A DNA stretch of 52,934 nucleotides. It comes from Fonticula alba ATCC 38817 (taxonomy: Eukaryota > Protista > Nucleariida). Position 1 is the stretch's first letter, and the number at the start of each line of letters is the position of its first letter. This document shows positions 33,271 to 45,931 of the stretch, piece by piece. The notes under the pieces were generated by a model. It was not told the DNA's origin. It did no database searches and saw only the letters and a program-made list of their open reading frames with translations. The stretch is from NCBI GenBank assembly GCA_000388065.2, contig KB932207.1, one strand, 5' to 3'. The position numbers and the translations under genes were made by a program.

Positions 33271-34340
33271 GGTGGCAATCTGTGGGAGGAAAGAGCAGAG
33301 GAACAAGGGGCGGGGGCTGGCAGAGAAAGGGGGCAAGGGGGCGCGCGAGTCGGGGGAGTAGGGTGTGGGAGAGGAGTACGGAAGGCGGGACGCCGTGCCC
33401 AGGCGGACCTGGCCGCTGTTCTATATTTTACCGAGGCAAGAAAAGCCCGGAGTGCGGTCCTGTGTCTCCAGTCCCCGGCCCCCGGCGGCCGCCTGCCAGC
33501 GTCTAAAGGTGGATCTGGGCCCAAGACAGGGGGGGGGGGGGGATCTTTCTCCATGACGACTCTCCTTTTCAACGTGCAGGGCATTTGCTTGGATTGTCGC
33601 CCCCCCCCCTCTCTCTCTCTCTCTCTCTTTGGACGAGACCCCCTATGGTCCAAGAGGGAGACATCGGTCCGGGAGTGGCCGCGGGGCACCTGCAAAGGGG
33701 GGCAGCCCGACGCTGGCGCATCAGCGACCGTAACATGTGCCTGGGCTGATCACCTGGCTGTCATATGCCTCCTCGCGATCGCCGTGTGATTATGCAGGGC
33801 GCCCCCTGGGCTCGGGCGTCGCCATTGGCCGGGAGAGGCCGGCAAGTCGCGAAGTCCCCACTAATGAAATGCCGATCCGATCGGGGGCTTCCGACAAACC
33901 AGCCTTCCCGGGGGCAGGTCTGTGTGCATCATGGATGTCGGCGGCTCCGGACCGGAACGTGTTGGGCGGCACGTCGGCAGACTCCCGCTCAAACGAGGAT
34001 ACTGCAGCAAGAACAGGAGCATGCCGGGGGGGGGGGGGGGGAAATGTACGCTTTACTTTGCACGAANNNNNNNNNNNNNNNNNNNNNNNNNNNNNNNNNN
34101 NNNNNNNNNNNNNNNNNNNNNNNNNNNNNNNNNNNNNNNNNNNNNNNNNNNNNNNNNNNNNNNNNNNNNNNNNNNNNNNNNNNNNNNNNNNNNNNNNNNN
34201 NNNNNNNNNNNNNNNNNNNNNNNNNNNNNNNNNNNNNNNNNNNNNNNNNNNNNNNNNNNNNNNNNNNNNNNNNNNNNNNNNNNNNNNNNNNNNNNNNNNN
34301 NNNNNNNNNNCCCCCCCCCCCCCCCCCCCCCCTGCTCGCA

Positions 34341-36875
34341 ATGCTGTCCCGGATTGCTCTCTCCACCAGCCGGCCTCTGGGCTCCGCTGCCATGTCCTCC
34401 TATGGTGCGTTACGATCTCCCCCAACGCCATCGCGCCATTGCTTGCTCTGACCTTGCCATTCGCCCTTGCCCATGCTGCTCCCCTGTCGGCTCCTCTCCT
34501 GTGTAACCCCTATCAGCGGTGCGTCACCCCCCCCCCCCCTCCCCCGCCTTGGCTCGCCCTCCCTTGTGCCCTGCTGCTGACACTGGCCCTTCTCCCTCCT
34601 GTCCCGAACTCCACTCGGCCAAACTGCTCAGGCTGCGTCCACTCGCGTCGCCTGGGCCGGCGGCATCCCGCCTCCCCCGCCCGTCAACGAGCCGGTCCTC
34701 GGTTACCGCCTCAACTCGCCCGAGCGTGTCGGTATGTGGTCCTGCTTCTCGGCCCGCCTCCGCGCGCGCGCGCGCGCGCGCACCCACCTCAGAATGCAAA
34801 TGCTAACTCCACTCCCTGCCCTCCCCCCCCCTCCCTCCCTCGCGCCCGACCCCAGGCACTCTGGCCGCGTATGAGCGCATGCGCACGCGCGACCCGGTTG
34901 ACATCCCGATGATCATCAACGGCCAGGAGGTCTTTACTGGGAATGTGGTGGAGCTGACCCCGCCGCATGACCACAAGAACGTCTACGCCCGGATCCATGT
35001 GGCCGATGGCACTGGTCTGGTCAAGGAGGCCGTGTCCGGGGCTCTGGCCGCCCGGGCCGAGTGGGAGTCCATGTCCTCGGAGGCGCGGTCCGGCATCTTC
35101 CTCCGCGCGGCCCGGCTCCTGTCCACCAAGTACCGCCATGAGGTGTGCGCGGCCACCATGCTCGGCCTGTCGAAGAACCTCTTCCAGGCGGAGATCGACG
35201 CTGCCTGTGAGACCATCGACTTCTGGCGCTTCAATGCCTTCTATGGTGCGTTCGGTGGTGGCGTTTGTTCCTCGCTTGCCGTCGCGCGCGCTCCTCCTAG
35301 CTAACTTGCTTTCCCCGCTCTTCGCACGGACACACACACACGGACACACGCACATACACACACACACACGGACACACACACATACACACACACACACACA
35401 CACGGACACACACACACACACACAGCCAACGAGATTTACAGCCACCAGCCGGCCGCCCACTCGCCCGGCGTCTGGAACCGCCTGGAGCACCGCCCCCTGG
35501 AGGGCTTCGTCGCGGCCATCTCCCCCTTCAACTTCATTGCCATCGGGTCCAACTTGGCCAGCGCCCCGGCGCAGATGGGCAATGTCGTCGTGCTGAAGCC
35601 GGCTCTCGAGACCGGCCTGGCTTCGAGCCTGATGATGCGCATCCTCCAGGAGGCCGGCCTGCCGCCCGGTGTCATCCAGTATGTCCCGGTGCTGGATCCC
35701 CGCGGGGACTTCACCCAGGACGCCCTGCACCATCCGGCCCTGGGTGGCCTGCACTTCACCGGCAGCACCAATGTCTTTGCCCAGCTGCAGCGTGACATCG
35801 CCGCCGGCATCGGCGGCAACCCGGACACCGACCCGGCCCCGGGCGATTCCACCGGTCGCCAGCCGTACCACTCCTTCCCCCGGCTGGTCGGCGAGACCGG
35901 CGGCAAGAACTACCTCTTTGCCCACGAGTCGGCCCTGGCCTCGGAGGAGGGGCGTCGCGATGTGGCGGCCCAGCTCCTGCGCGGTGCCTTCGAATTCAAC
36001 GGCCAGAAGTGCAGCGCCACCAGCCGTGCCTATGTCCCGGCCTCCCAGTGGCCCGCTCTCCGCCGTGTGGTACGTCCTGCCACCTCCCTGTCCCTCGTCC
36101 CTGCCAGCCTCCAGATCTGCCCTGCCTGCCCTGCCTGCCCTGTCCATATTCTCACCCTATGCCCGGCCCGGCCTTCCGGCTCCCTTCTTCCGCTGCGTCC
36201 CCCCCCCCCCCCCCCTCCCCCCAGCTCGAGGAGGAGGTTGCCCGCATCAAGGTTACCGGTCCCTCGGATCCGCAGAGCTTCGTCACGGCCGTCATCAATC
36301 GCCCGGCCTTCGACCGCCTGGCTTCGGCCATCGAGGGCGCCAAGGCCGACCCGGAGATGGATCTTGTGGCCGGTGGCGAGTGCGACGACCGGGTTGGCTA
36401 CTTCGTCGGGCCCACCGTGCTGGCGGTGGACCTGGCTTCGCTGGGGGGTGGTGCCTCGGCCGCCGGGCATATGGCCGCGCTGGAGCGCGCCCATGCCAAG
36501 CACACTGTCCGGTCGGAGCTCTTCGGCCCGGTGATCACGGTGGTGGTGTACGACGACCAGCACTGGCAGGCGGTGGCCCGGGCCGCGGCCGATGCCAGCC
36601 CCTATGCCCTGACCGGGGCCATCTTCGCCCGCGATCGCCGGGTGCTCGAGGAGCTGGCCTCCACCCTGCGCCATGCCCAGGGGAACCTCTACCTCAACGA
36701 CAAGTCCACTGGCGCCGTGGTCGGGCAGCAGCCCTTCGGCGGCAGCCGCCGGTCCGGCACCAATGACAAGGCCGGCCACGCTCTCAACCTCCAGCGCTGG
36801 GTCAGCACCATGGCCATCAAGGAGAACCTCTCGGCCCCCCTGACCACCTGGGAGTACCCGTACATGATGGAGTAA
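34341..36875 (+). CDS. ALDH4A1: Mitochondrial delta-1-pyrroline-5-carboxylate dehydrogenase (ALDH4A1/PUT2); model join(34341..34404,34517..34518,34632..34731,34856..35245,35426..36069,36225..36875), 616 aa
   Basis: Presequence [20 protein letters not shown], then [65 protein letters not shown], catalytic [50 protein letters not shown]. Confidence 0.95.
35331..35424. repeat. (CA)n microsatellite forming the 3' end of a P5CDH intron
   Basis: The CA repeat runs directly into the CACAG acceptor at 35425. Confidence 0.85.
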
Positions 36876-37255
36876 GATGCCCCCCCCCCCCCCCCGACCT
36901 GGTCCGGCCCTCCGCCAGGCGCCCTCCTCTGCCTCGGAATTCGGGCATGTGCGAGAGGCCTGGCGGCGCTGTGAGGGGGAGCTCCGCCAGGGGAGCCGTG
37001 CTTCTCGGTGCCTGCTGCCCTGGTGGGGCCCTCCCAGGCCATGATGACAAGCCACAAGAAAGCCCCATGTTTGGGAATACACATATGACACATGGGATTT
37101 TTCCCCTTTCCTTTTCTTTCGGTCTCCCTTTTTTCGACAAGCGGAATGTATTTTCGAAGGGCGGGGGAGAGAAAAACAAGGAAGGAAGAACTATAATACA
37201 AGAGGGGGGGGGGGGGGGCGACACCAGGAGGAGGGAAGGGACCCTCGTCCAGGGC

Positions 37256-40200
37256 CTAGAGCCGTACCCCGAGGATGGGAGCCAAGCGCGGCAACGAGGT
37301 AACCACCAACCGTTGGCCACAATCCATGAACAGCTGGTCGCCGCGCACCACCAGACGATTGATGATGATCGACGGGTCTAATAGATCCCACTCCAGGGGG
37401 AAGAGGGCCTGGTCATCGCGGCCGGGCTGGAGAGACGGCATGCCCAGCGCCCCGGTGCCGGGCGGCGCATCGACCACGCGCACAGGGACCCCGCCGGCAC
37501 ATTCGGCACATGCGTCGGCCAGCTGGCCGCCGGCCAGCCGCCGCGGCTGGGCAGCGGCCTCGCCAGCCACAAGACCGGGCGGAACTGCCCGGGCCAGACA
37601 CACCGGCCGGCCATCGGCGATGTGGATCGGCACACAGCCAACCGCCCGGCCACGCGCCAACTCGAAGACCCGGAACCCGGCACGGAAGTCGCCGGCCCCG
37701 GCATCCGGCGCGGCGGGCACCACTCCCGGCCCGAGGATGAGCATCTGGTCACGAATGGCAAAGCCCACACACCCGGGATTGGCCAGGCGGCGAACCGTGC
37801 GGAAGGTGCCGAGATCACACAGGAGGACCGTCTCGTCTTCGGCCGTGGTGACCAGCGTCCCGAGCGACTCGTCCAGGTGGAGCTGCCGCACCGGGAACCG
37901 AGCATGGCCATGGTGCACGGACAGGCATTCCCCGGTCTCGGTGCACCACCGGCGCACCTCGCCATCCTTGGCCCCGGACACCACCCGGAGCCACACCCGG
38001 GTCGGGGGAGCGGCCACTCGCCCCGGGGACCCGCCGATGGCACTGGCGGCCGAACTCGCCGGGGGGGCGGCTTTGCCGGTGGTGGCGGCCTCCGGCGAGG
38101 TGCCCATGGCCGCGAGGGCCGCGCGCACACGCGCCAGCTCCGGCAGGCGGCTTGAGGTCGGCAACGGAGCCCCCGAAGAGGAGGCCGCATCACCGAAGGG
38201 GCCGAGCCCGGCATCGCCGGCGATCGATTCGTCGGCCGCAACGCGCCAGGTGACACACCGTGAGAGGGCCGTCACCGGGGTCGTGTGCCCATGCAACACC
38301 CGCAGTGGCCGGCGCAAGTCCTCCCCCGGCAGGTGCCCCTGCAGGTGGTACAGGTGAATGGACCCGCTGGCCAGGCCGACGGCCAGCAGCCCGTCCGGGC
38401 CCAAATCCAAGCAGGTGACACCGGCCGGGTGGGGGATTTGCACGAGACAGCGCAACTCCGGCAGCGTCCACACCGAGACCAGGCCCCCGGCGGCGCCAGC
38501 CACCAGGAGCTGAGCCCGAGCCGAGACCACCAGCCCGGTGATGGCCCCGCCGCCGGGAGGCAGCAGAGAACGCGGCGGACAGGCCGACCCCCCGGCATCC
38601 AGGCCGCCGCCAGTGGCATCCAGGCAGAAGACCGCCCCATCCCCGTGGCCGGAGAAGAGCAGGCGGTCGGCCGCCGCCAAATGCCACGCCGGGCTGGGAA
38701 GCCGATAGCACACGAGCTGCACCCCGGAGGTGGGGTCCCACACGCGAAGGGTCCGGTCCAGGCTGGCCGAGGCGGCCAGCCACTCGGCGCAGGCCACCTC
38801 CTCGGCCGGCAGGTGCCCAAGATCCCAGGCGGCCTGGGCCCCGGTGTTGGAGGCCAACTCCCGGCGCAAGGCCCATGCAGGGGCCCGGAAGGCCAGCTGC
38901 GGCGGCCGGAAGGCCACGAAGGCCGTCACATCGGCCTGGTGGCCGCGCAATGCCAGGCTCTGGGCCTGGGAGCAGGGGACCGGCGCGCCGGGCGGCGGCA
39001 TGACGTGCTGCCCGTCGCGGCCATCGGGCAGGCCCGGGCCGCCGGCCAGCGGAGTCGGGGTCAGCCATGGCGGAGGCACCACCGCCGGCCGGCGGAGCTC
39101 CAGCAAACCGAACACATCGAACCACCGGAGCCGGACCACGGCCAACAAAACCGCCATGCTGACAATCAGCATGGCAATCAGCGCAAAGACCGCCAGCAGC
39201 GGGGACAGTTGACCCAGCGCCGGGGCCAAGTACGCCAGCAAGGCCGACACCCAGGCCGCCGCGCGGACGGACGCCGGCCCGGACATGGGGCTCCCCTGGC
39301 CCCGGACCAGGGCCGCCCCGGCCTGCAGAAGCCACACCACCAGCAGGCGCAAAGGCCGCGACCAGGACCCGGAAGAGGGAGGCGCGTCGGGGCCGGCACC
39401 CGCCCCGGTGCCAGGGCCGCCGGAGGGCGGAGTCGACATGGCCGGACGCTTGGCCGACCCGTCGCCGCCCAGGGCCCCCGGCAACAGGTCCGCCAGACTC
39501 CCGGTCCAGGAGGCGCGGTCGCGCCAGGACGAGGCCGACCGGCGCCCATCCGAAGGGGCACCGGTTGTGGGGATCCCACGGCGGTCATGAGCGGCGCCGC
39601 CCGGCCGGCCGCCAGCCCGGCGAGCTGTGTCACTGATGAGGGCATCCGACAGGCTGACGCACGACCCGAAGGCAGGACGGTCGGGCGAGCTGGGATCGGC
39701 CCGCGCGGAAAGGGTCACCAGCGTTACGGGATGGATTTCCACCAGGAGGTCCACCCCGGCCGGGTTGGCCACAGACCAGATGCTATCACTCACCGGCTGC
39801 GGTAGCCACCGGTGGAAGGCCTCCAGGAAGGCGGTTCCCGACTCCTGGAAACGGCGAATGTCCACCTCCGACGCGGGCTCCCACCCGGCGAAGGAGCTGC
39901 CATCCGGAGGCGTGGCCACCGGTGCCGACTTGGCCGGCATGGAGGAGCCGCCGGCGCCGCTGTCGGGCCGCGCGCCGGCCGGAGCCGAGAGGAGGTGCAT
40001 GCGCACCGTCTCGGTGAAGAGCCGGGCCGGACGCCACCCCCCGGAACCCAGATCCGCACCGGCGCTCCCCACCCCGGCCATGGGCCACAGATCCATCGAG
40101 GAGTCGGCCCACCGAGGGGAGGCCAGAAGATGATCGACCGGCGTGGGCAGCGCCCCGGTCGGGTTGATGCTGCCGCTGTTGCTGCTGCTGCTGCTGCTGT

Positions 40201-43200
40201 TGCCGAAGAGCCCGAGCCCGATGGCCAGCATGATGACACCGATGATGTAGACCCCGGGAATGATGGCCGGGTGTTCGAAGGGATCGACCGGGCGCCGGGC
40301 CTGCCCCCCGGGGGACCCCCCCTGGATGGGACCTGTGGACTTGGCGGCCAGGCGCTGTGCCAGGCGCGCGCCGCCCGGCAGCGCGGCCACCAGTCGGCTG
40401 GCTGGGCGCAAGAGCGGTCGCAGGGCCCCCGGTGGGGCCAGAGCCGGGGTGTGCTTTGGCGAGGGGGAAAACCCGGTGCCGATATCAGCTCCAGCGCTGC
40501 CGGCCTCCCAGCGCATGGATGCCAGCGAGGTTTCCGGGTTCAGGGTGGACCCGGTGGGCAAGGGGCCCCCAGCGGCCGGGTAGCCGCCATGCTGGAGGAA
40601 GCGGTCCATGCGAGGATTGTGCAGGTCGGAGAGCTGCGCGGAGGGGCGAAAGGAGCCATCAAAGGGTGATGGGCCTCCCGAGAAGGGGAGAGGGGGGGGG
40701 AGAGGGGCGTGAGGAAACAAGCGCCGAAGGGAGGGGATGCGGTCAGGGGAATGCCGCCACCGGTCGTACCTCCAGACATCGGATGTCGATCGAGAGGACC
40801 GTGGCAAAGAAGGACATGTGGATGAAGAAGTTGATGATCACAGCAACTGCGGTGAACATGCAAAATTCCTTTTTTTTTCGTCACACGAGAAGAGAGATGG
40901 ATGTCAGCGAGGAGGGAGCGATAAATAAACAAGTGGGCTTGAATGGTGGAACGGAAGAAGACGAAGAGGAGGAAGAGGAAGAGGAAGAGGAAGAGGAAGA
41001 GGAAGAGGAAGAGGAAGAGGAAGAGGAAGAAAATGATGACGATGATGACGATGATGACGATGATGACAATGATGATGATGGTGATGATGAAGAAGAAGAA
41101 GAAGAAGGGGAAGAGACGGGGAGGAGGACACCAATGCAACATACCGTCAGAGCCTGGATGTTGAAGAAGCCCCCGAGGGCCATGAGAACCAACTCAAGGA
41201 CGAGGTTCCGCAGGATCGAGACACCGGCACTGCCGAGCCCCCGGCCGACGCGCTCTTTCACGGGCAGGTCGCACGGGGTGGCGGTCACGGCATTGGTCAA
41301 AGCAAAGGTGCTCTCTAGGCCGATGGCCAGCACGAGGAAGGAAAGGAGCTCCCTGTGGTTGGGACACGCGCAAAGATAACAATAAGGAAGAAGGGCGGAT
41401 CAGCACATTGGCCGCGAGGGGTTGCCAGACAGACAGAGAGAGGACCACGCACCATGGGAGCAGGCCCAATTCGTAGCCCAGGAGCGAGCACACACCGATG
41501 GACATGATCAGCGACGCGAAGACGATCATCAGTGCCGAGAAGGCCAGGCCGAACTTGGACTTGACCAGCTCAACACGACCGAGCATCAGCGACACATACA
41601 CATACACCAGCAGGTAGGACAGGAAGATGATCGCCGCCTCCAGGAGATACATGCGCCCGGCGAGAAGACGCTGCAGTGCACCGCCGTCGGGGCCGCCGGC
41701 ATGCTGGCGTGCTCCGCCGGCCGGGGAGTTCGGATACTGGAAGGGGAAATGATGAGGGGCATGATGTCAGCAGGGCAGGGCAGGGCAGGGCAGGGCAGGG
41801 AAAGGCAGGGGAGAAGGTGCCCAAATGGCAGGGGCAAGGAGGCGGGCGGCCGGGGGGCAAACATCGGCACATACGGAATAGAGGAAGCGATTGGTTTGAC
41901 CAAGCCGATGGACCCGTGCCGGACCCGGAGCCCCGAGCAGCGCATGCCCGGCTGGCAGAGTGAGGCCATCATCTTGGAACAGTGCCGCGGGCAGAGTGGC
42001 ATCACACTCCGGCGTGTCGGTGGCCTCGGGCTCTGGGCGTCCGAGAGGGACCGAGGGGGAAAAGTCCCCCGAGAGGGAACGCTGCCAGAAGCTGTGCCAG
42101 AAATTGTCCACCAATCCGGCCTGCTCATGTCGAACCATGCTCAGGAAGGTTAACTGCACGGAGGCGGCGCGGGACCAGCCAGAGGCTGAGAGACGGAGCG
42201 GGGCGGCGAAAGAGAGGAAGGGGGGGGGGGAGGGAGAGAGAGGGGAGAGGGAGGGAGAACCATCCGGGTGATGTCGGAGGGGAAGATCGTTAGAGCCGCA
42301 GAGTGGGCAAGCCGGTGACATGGCACACAGGTGGATTCACACGACAGGACGCACCACCGGCAGCGGGGGAGGTCGACCGGCCATCGGACGGCGCTGCGGC
42401 GCCCGACAGGCCCCCAAAGAGGGATCCCGCCTCGATCAGCGATCCGAAGGAGGACCGGGCGTCACGTCGGGCCACCGTGCCACGAATGTCCCCATCGGCC
42501 AGCAAGCGTCCGGCATCTGACAGCCAAAACTCCAGTGGCGTGTGGATCAAGCAGCGCGAAGGGTCGGAGGAGGCGCGCCAACAGATGTCCCGGAACCCGG
42601 TGGTCGCGGAGCTTGGGCGAATCGGGTCGGCGGCCGGGTCCTCGGTGGACAGCGAAAGGAGATCCTCCACCGGGGAGGCAGCGTCCGGGAGGAGGAGAAA
42701 TTGTTCGACGGCGCTCTGAAAACGCAGGACCGACAGCAAACGCGCCGTGTCCAGCAGACCCCCGTCAGTGCAGGCAGGGTCGGCATTGGTGCCGGTGCCG
42801 GCTTCGGTGATCGGGCCCGCCCAGCCGCCCCCGTCGCCGCTACCGACCCATGATGCGGAGGAGGCCGAGGTGGCTCCTTCGCCTGGAACCGGACGCCACT
42901 CGCCCTGGCAGCAGTCTCCCGTACGGAAGACCACCGGATCGATGCGCAGGTAGGACCCATGGGAGTAGGCATCGCGCGTGAGTGTGGCGATGGCCTCCGG
43001 ATCGGCGGAGCCCGGCGCCGGCGCCGGGAACACATTCGGGATGGCGGGTGTACGCCAGTCAGCCGGGACCAGGGCCCCGAGCAGTGGCAGGGCCCCGACG
43101 GCCGCGCCAACCGCCGCCAGCCCGGGCAGGCCGTGCTGCTGCCAATCAAGCGACAGGCCGAAGAGAGTGCGGCCCGAGGGGGAGGCCGCGGCCAGGGCGG

Positions 43201-43643
43201 CCCGCTTGGCCAGGACCTTCTCGAAGGAGTTCATGGCCGGATATGTGCAAATGAGGAAGGCCAAGAAGGTGACATAGATGATGAGGAAGGGATGCGTGGC
43301 GCAGTAGAGCCCATGCCGGTAGCAGATGGCCGCCACGCGGGACTGAATGGCCGCCGAGAGCTGTGACACGGGCGAGTCGCGAGTTCGAAAGACGGTAGTG
43401 TCAGCGGGGATCTGGCCGGCCCGAGGGCGAAGAGGAACGGGGGGGGGGCAGCGGCAGAGGGGGATCTCAGCGGAGAGGCCGTACGCTGGAGCGACACTGC
43501 TTGAGGAAGGACTCGCGGGCTTTGGGGCGTGGCGCGTGCGTGGCATTGGGGTGGAAAGACGGCGCCCCGGTCGCCGTCGCCGCTGCCGGCCCCGGGGCAC
43601 GGTGTGAGTCCGGGTGCAGGGTATCCCCGGCGCCGACTTCCAT
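37256..43643 (-). CDS. SCAP: SREBP cleavage-activating protein SCAP (sterol-sensing domain + WD40); model join(43643..43485,43411..42355,42185..41875,41670..41453,41352..41145,40868..40770,40633..37256), ~1809 aa
   Basis: N-terminal AICYRHGLYCATHPFLII..FLICTYP, loop-1 HTPLEFWLSDAGRLLADGDI, sterol-sensing domain YVSLMLGRVELVKSKFGLAFSAL...ELLSFLVLAIGLESTFALTNAV...EFCMFTAV...FFATVLSIDIRCLELSDL, further TM helices, then WD40 repeats (LRGHQADVT, ASASLDRTLRVWD, LHGHTTPVTAL, VSGAKDGEVRRW). Every junction is phase-consistent. Confidence 0.9.
40955..41108. repeat. Compound (GAAGAG)n-(GAT/GAC)n-(GAA)n microsatellite in SCAP intron 41144-40869
   Basis: gaagaggaagag repeated, then gatgatgacgat and gaagaagaa; pyrimidine-rich on the transcribed (minus) strand. 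Confidence 0.9.
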
Positions 43644-44417
43644 GGTGTGCGGGCGGCCGCCGGGGAGAGGGGAGGGAGATGGGATAGGGGGGGGGGGAGG
43701 AAAGAGGGGCGAAAAGAGGGAGCCGGGAAGATGGGTGAGGCGGGAGGCGGGCAGCAGGAAGTGGGAGGCTACGGGAAGTGGTCTGTGTCGCGGAAGCGGG
43801 GGTGCCCTGGGGGAGGGGGAGGAGGGAGAGGATAGATGTCGGCGTGGTCTCGGGGCCCATGAAAGCAGATGCTGCCCCGAAAAACCAGCCCGCGCAGGGG
43901 GGGGGTGTCCGAGCGACGGGGGCAGGGGAACGAGGGCAGGGGGCACCACACCCGTGAGGCCCCTCGTTCCCCCCCCCTCCCCCCCCCCCGGGCGACGACC
44001 CAGCGCGATGGCGGCGGTGTGTATGGTCTCCCCTTCCGGGTTCGCGGATTTCCGCGCCCTGCCGCCCCTCCGGCTTGGGCAGGGCGAAAAAAAAGGGTGC
44101 TTGGTGCCAACTGACCGCCTGCGCCGCCCCATCTGCGGGGGCAGGGTGGTCCCCGCCCGGGGGCGGAGTGGGTGTGGAGGAGCCAGGATCGGCAGGTCCT
44201 GGTGCCCCCTGCCCCGGATGGGCTGGGGGGGGGTGGCGAAGTGCGGGCGGGCGGGCGGGGTGAGGGGGGGGGGGGGGGGGGCCTGCCCCACTGCGCCGAT
44301 TGAAGCGCATCATCCCAAGCCTGGATGGCGTCCCGCCTGGAGGGGCACGATCGGCCATCGAACGGGTCGCTGCCTGCTTGTGCGCGCGCTTACACGCCCA
44401 CACGCCCCCCCTCCATC

Positions 44418-44458
<41 letters not shown>

Positions 44459-45931
44459 ACACACATAATAAAAATAAATACATTAGTGTTACTAACATTG
44501 ACTTATCGGGCCCGCATTCCGCGGCCATCTATTCCAATGCCGAATATGCCCGGGTCTTTGGGTGCTCCGGGTAAATAGACTGAAGCCCCGCCACGGGAGC
44601 CATTTCCCGCAGGCAGGCCTGGTGGCCCCAGCCCGTGGAGAGGCAAATTCGGCGGATGGTCACCCGGACGCCGCCCGCGCCCCCCCCCGGCAGCGGTGCT
44701 TTCCCACAGTTGGCCCCGCCGGGCGCGGGCGGGGGAAAAAGATTCTTCTGGTCAGACGCGGGTTTCCCCCGCCCCCCCCCCCCCCCTGGAACCGCGAGCN
44801 NNNNNNNNNNNNNNNNNNNNNNNNNNNNNNNNNNNNNNNNNNNNNNNNNNNNNNNNNNNNNNNNNNNNNNNNNNNNNNNNNNNNNNNNNNNNNNNNNNNN
44901 NNNNNNNNNNNNNNNNNNNNNNNNNNNNNNNNNNNNNNNNNNNNGCGACGCGCGCGCGAGCAAAAGGCCAAAAGGAAGAGGAGGCCGCGGGGGGGGCGGG
45001 GGGGGGGGGGGGGGGGGGGGCCTGGGCGTGAGGTGCAATATGTTCGGGGCAATGTCCTCGGCAATTGGCCAGGCCCGCCTTGACAGTCCCATTCGACAGA
45101 CATTGGCGAAGGCAAGAAGGCGGAGAACCCGGCGCAAGCCACCCAGCGACCAAGCTAACGCCGATCACAGTGGCGCACATGATTGTCAGGTCCGGGCCCA
45201 CCGGTGCCGGCCTCGGCGCCTCTCGCCGGGCGGGGTTCCCTGCAGTTATTCGCCTTGCTTCGTGCGGCGTTCCTGACGGCTCCCCGAGAAGCGTGTACAT
45301 GCAAGCGGCCCCGCCCCGTCCGCTGGCCCCCCCCCCCCCCCCCCGCGCCCCCGGCTTCGAGAGTCGCAACCACCCGTCTGGAGGTCAGCCCACAGACAAT
45401 CAGCAGCGACAAGCAGATCTATTGTTGCGAGAGTCGCATATGCAAGAAAGGAGCGGGGAAAGGAGAAAGTGAAGGACAGGCGCGCGAGGCGCCCGGAGGG
45501 CGCCATTGCCGGAGGAAGGGGAAAATAACAAGAAGGCCCCCTGCGAGGCAGGGGAGGCAAAGAAGAATAGAGATCATGCAGGCGGGAAAGAGGTAGGGAG
45601 GGGGGGGGAGAGGAGGAAGGATCGATGTGGCAACGCGGAAGGGGGAGGGGAGGGGAGCATGGGCTCAGGCCCCAGGAACCGGCGGGCAAAACAAGCACCG
45701 GCACGAAGAGGCGGGCTCTAAGGCGACCACGAGAACAGAAGGAAAGGGGGAGGAGGACGGAGATCCTGCACGAAACTGGGGCAGACAATCGTCCGTGCTC
45801 TTTCTGCATGCTCGCCCCTGAAGGGCAGCGGCCCACAGCCAGGGGAAACAGCGGGGTTGATGGGGGGGGGGGGGGGGGGGGGGGGGGCGTGGGGGGGGGG
45901 GGGGGGGGCAGGGGAAGCACAGGGAGCCACT

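Noticed and set aside
40357-41379. Plus-strand ORF with long poly-Glu/Asp, suggesting a nested acidic protein
   Set aside because: The tract is a microsatellite in SCAP intron 41144-40869, and the rest of the ORF is antisense to SCAP exons.
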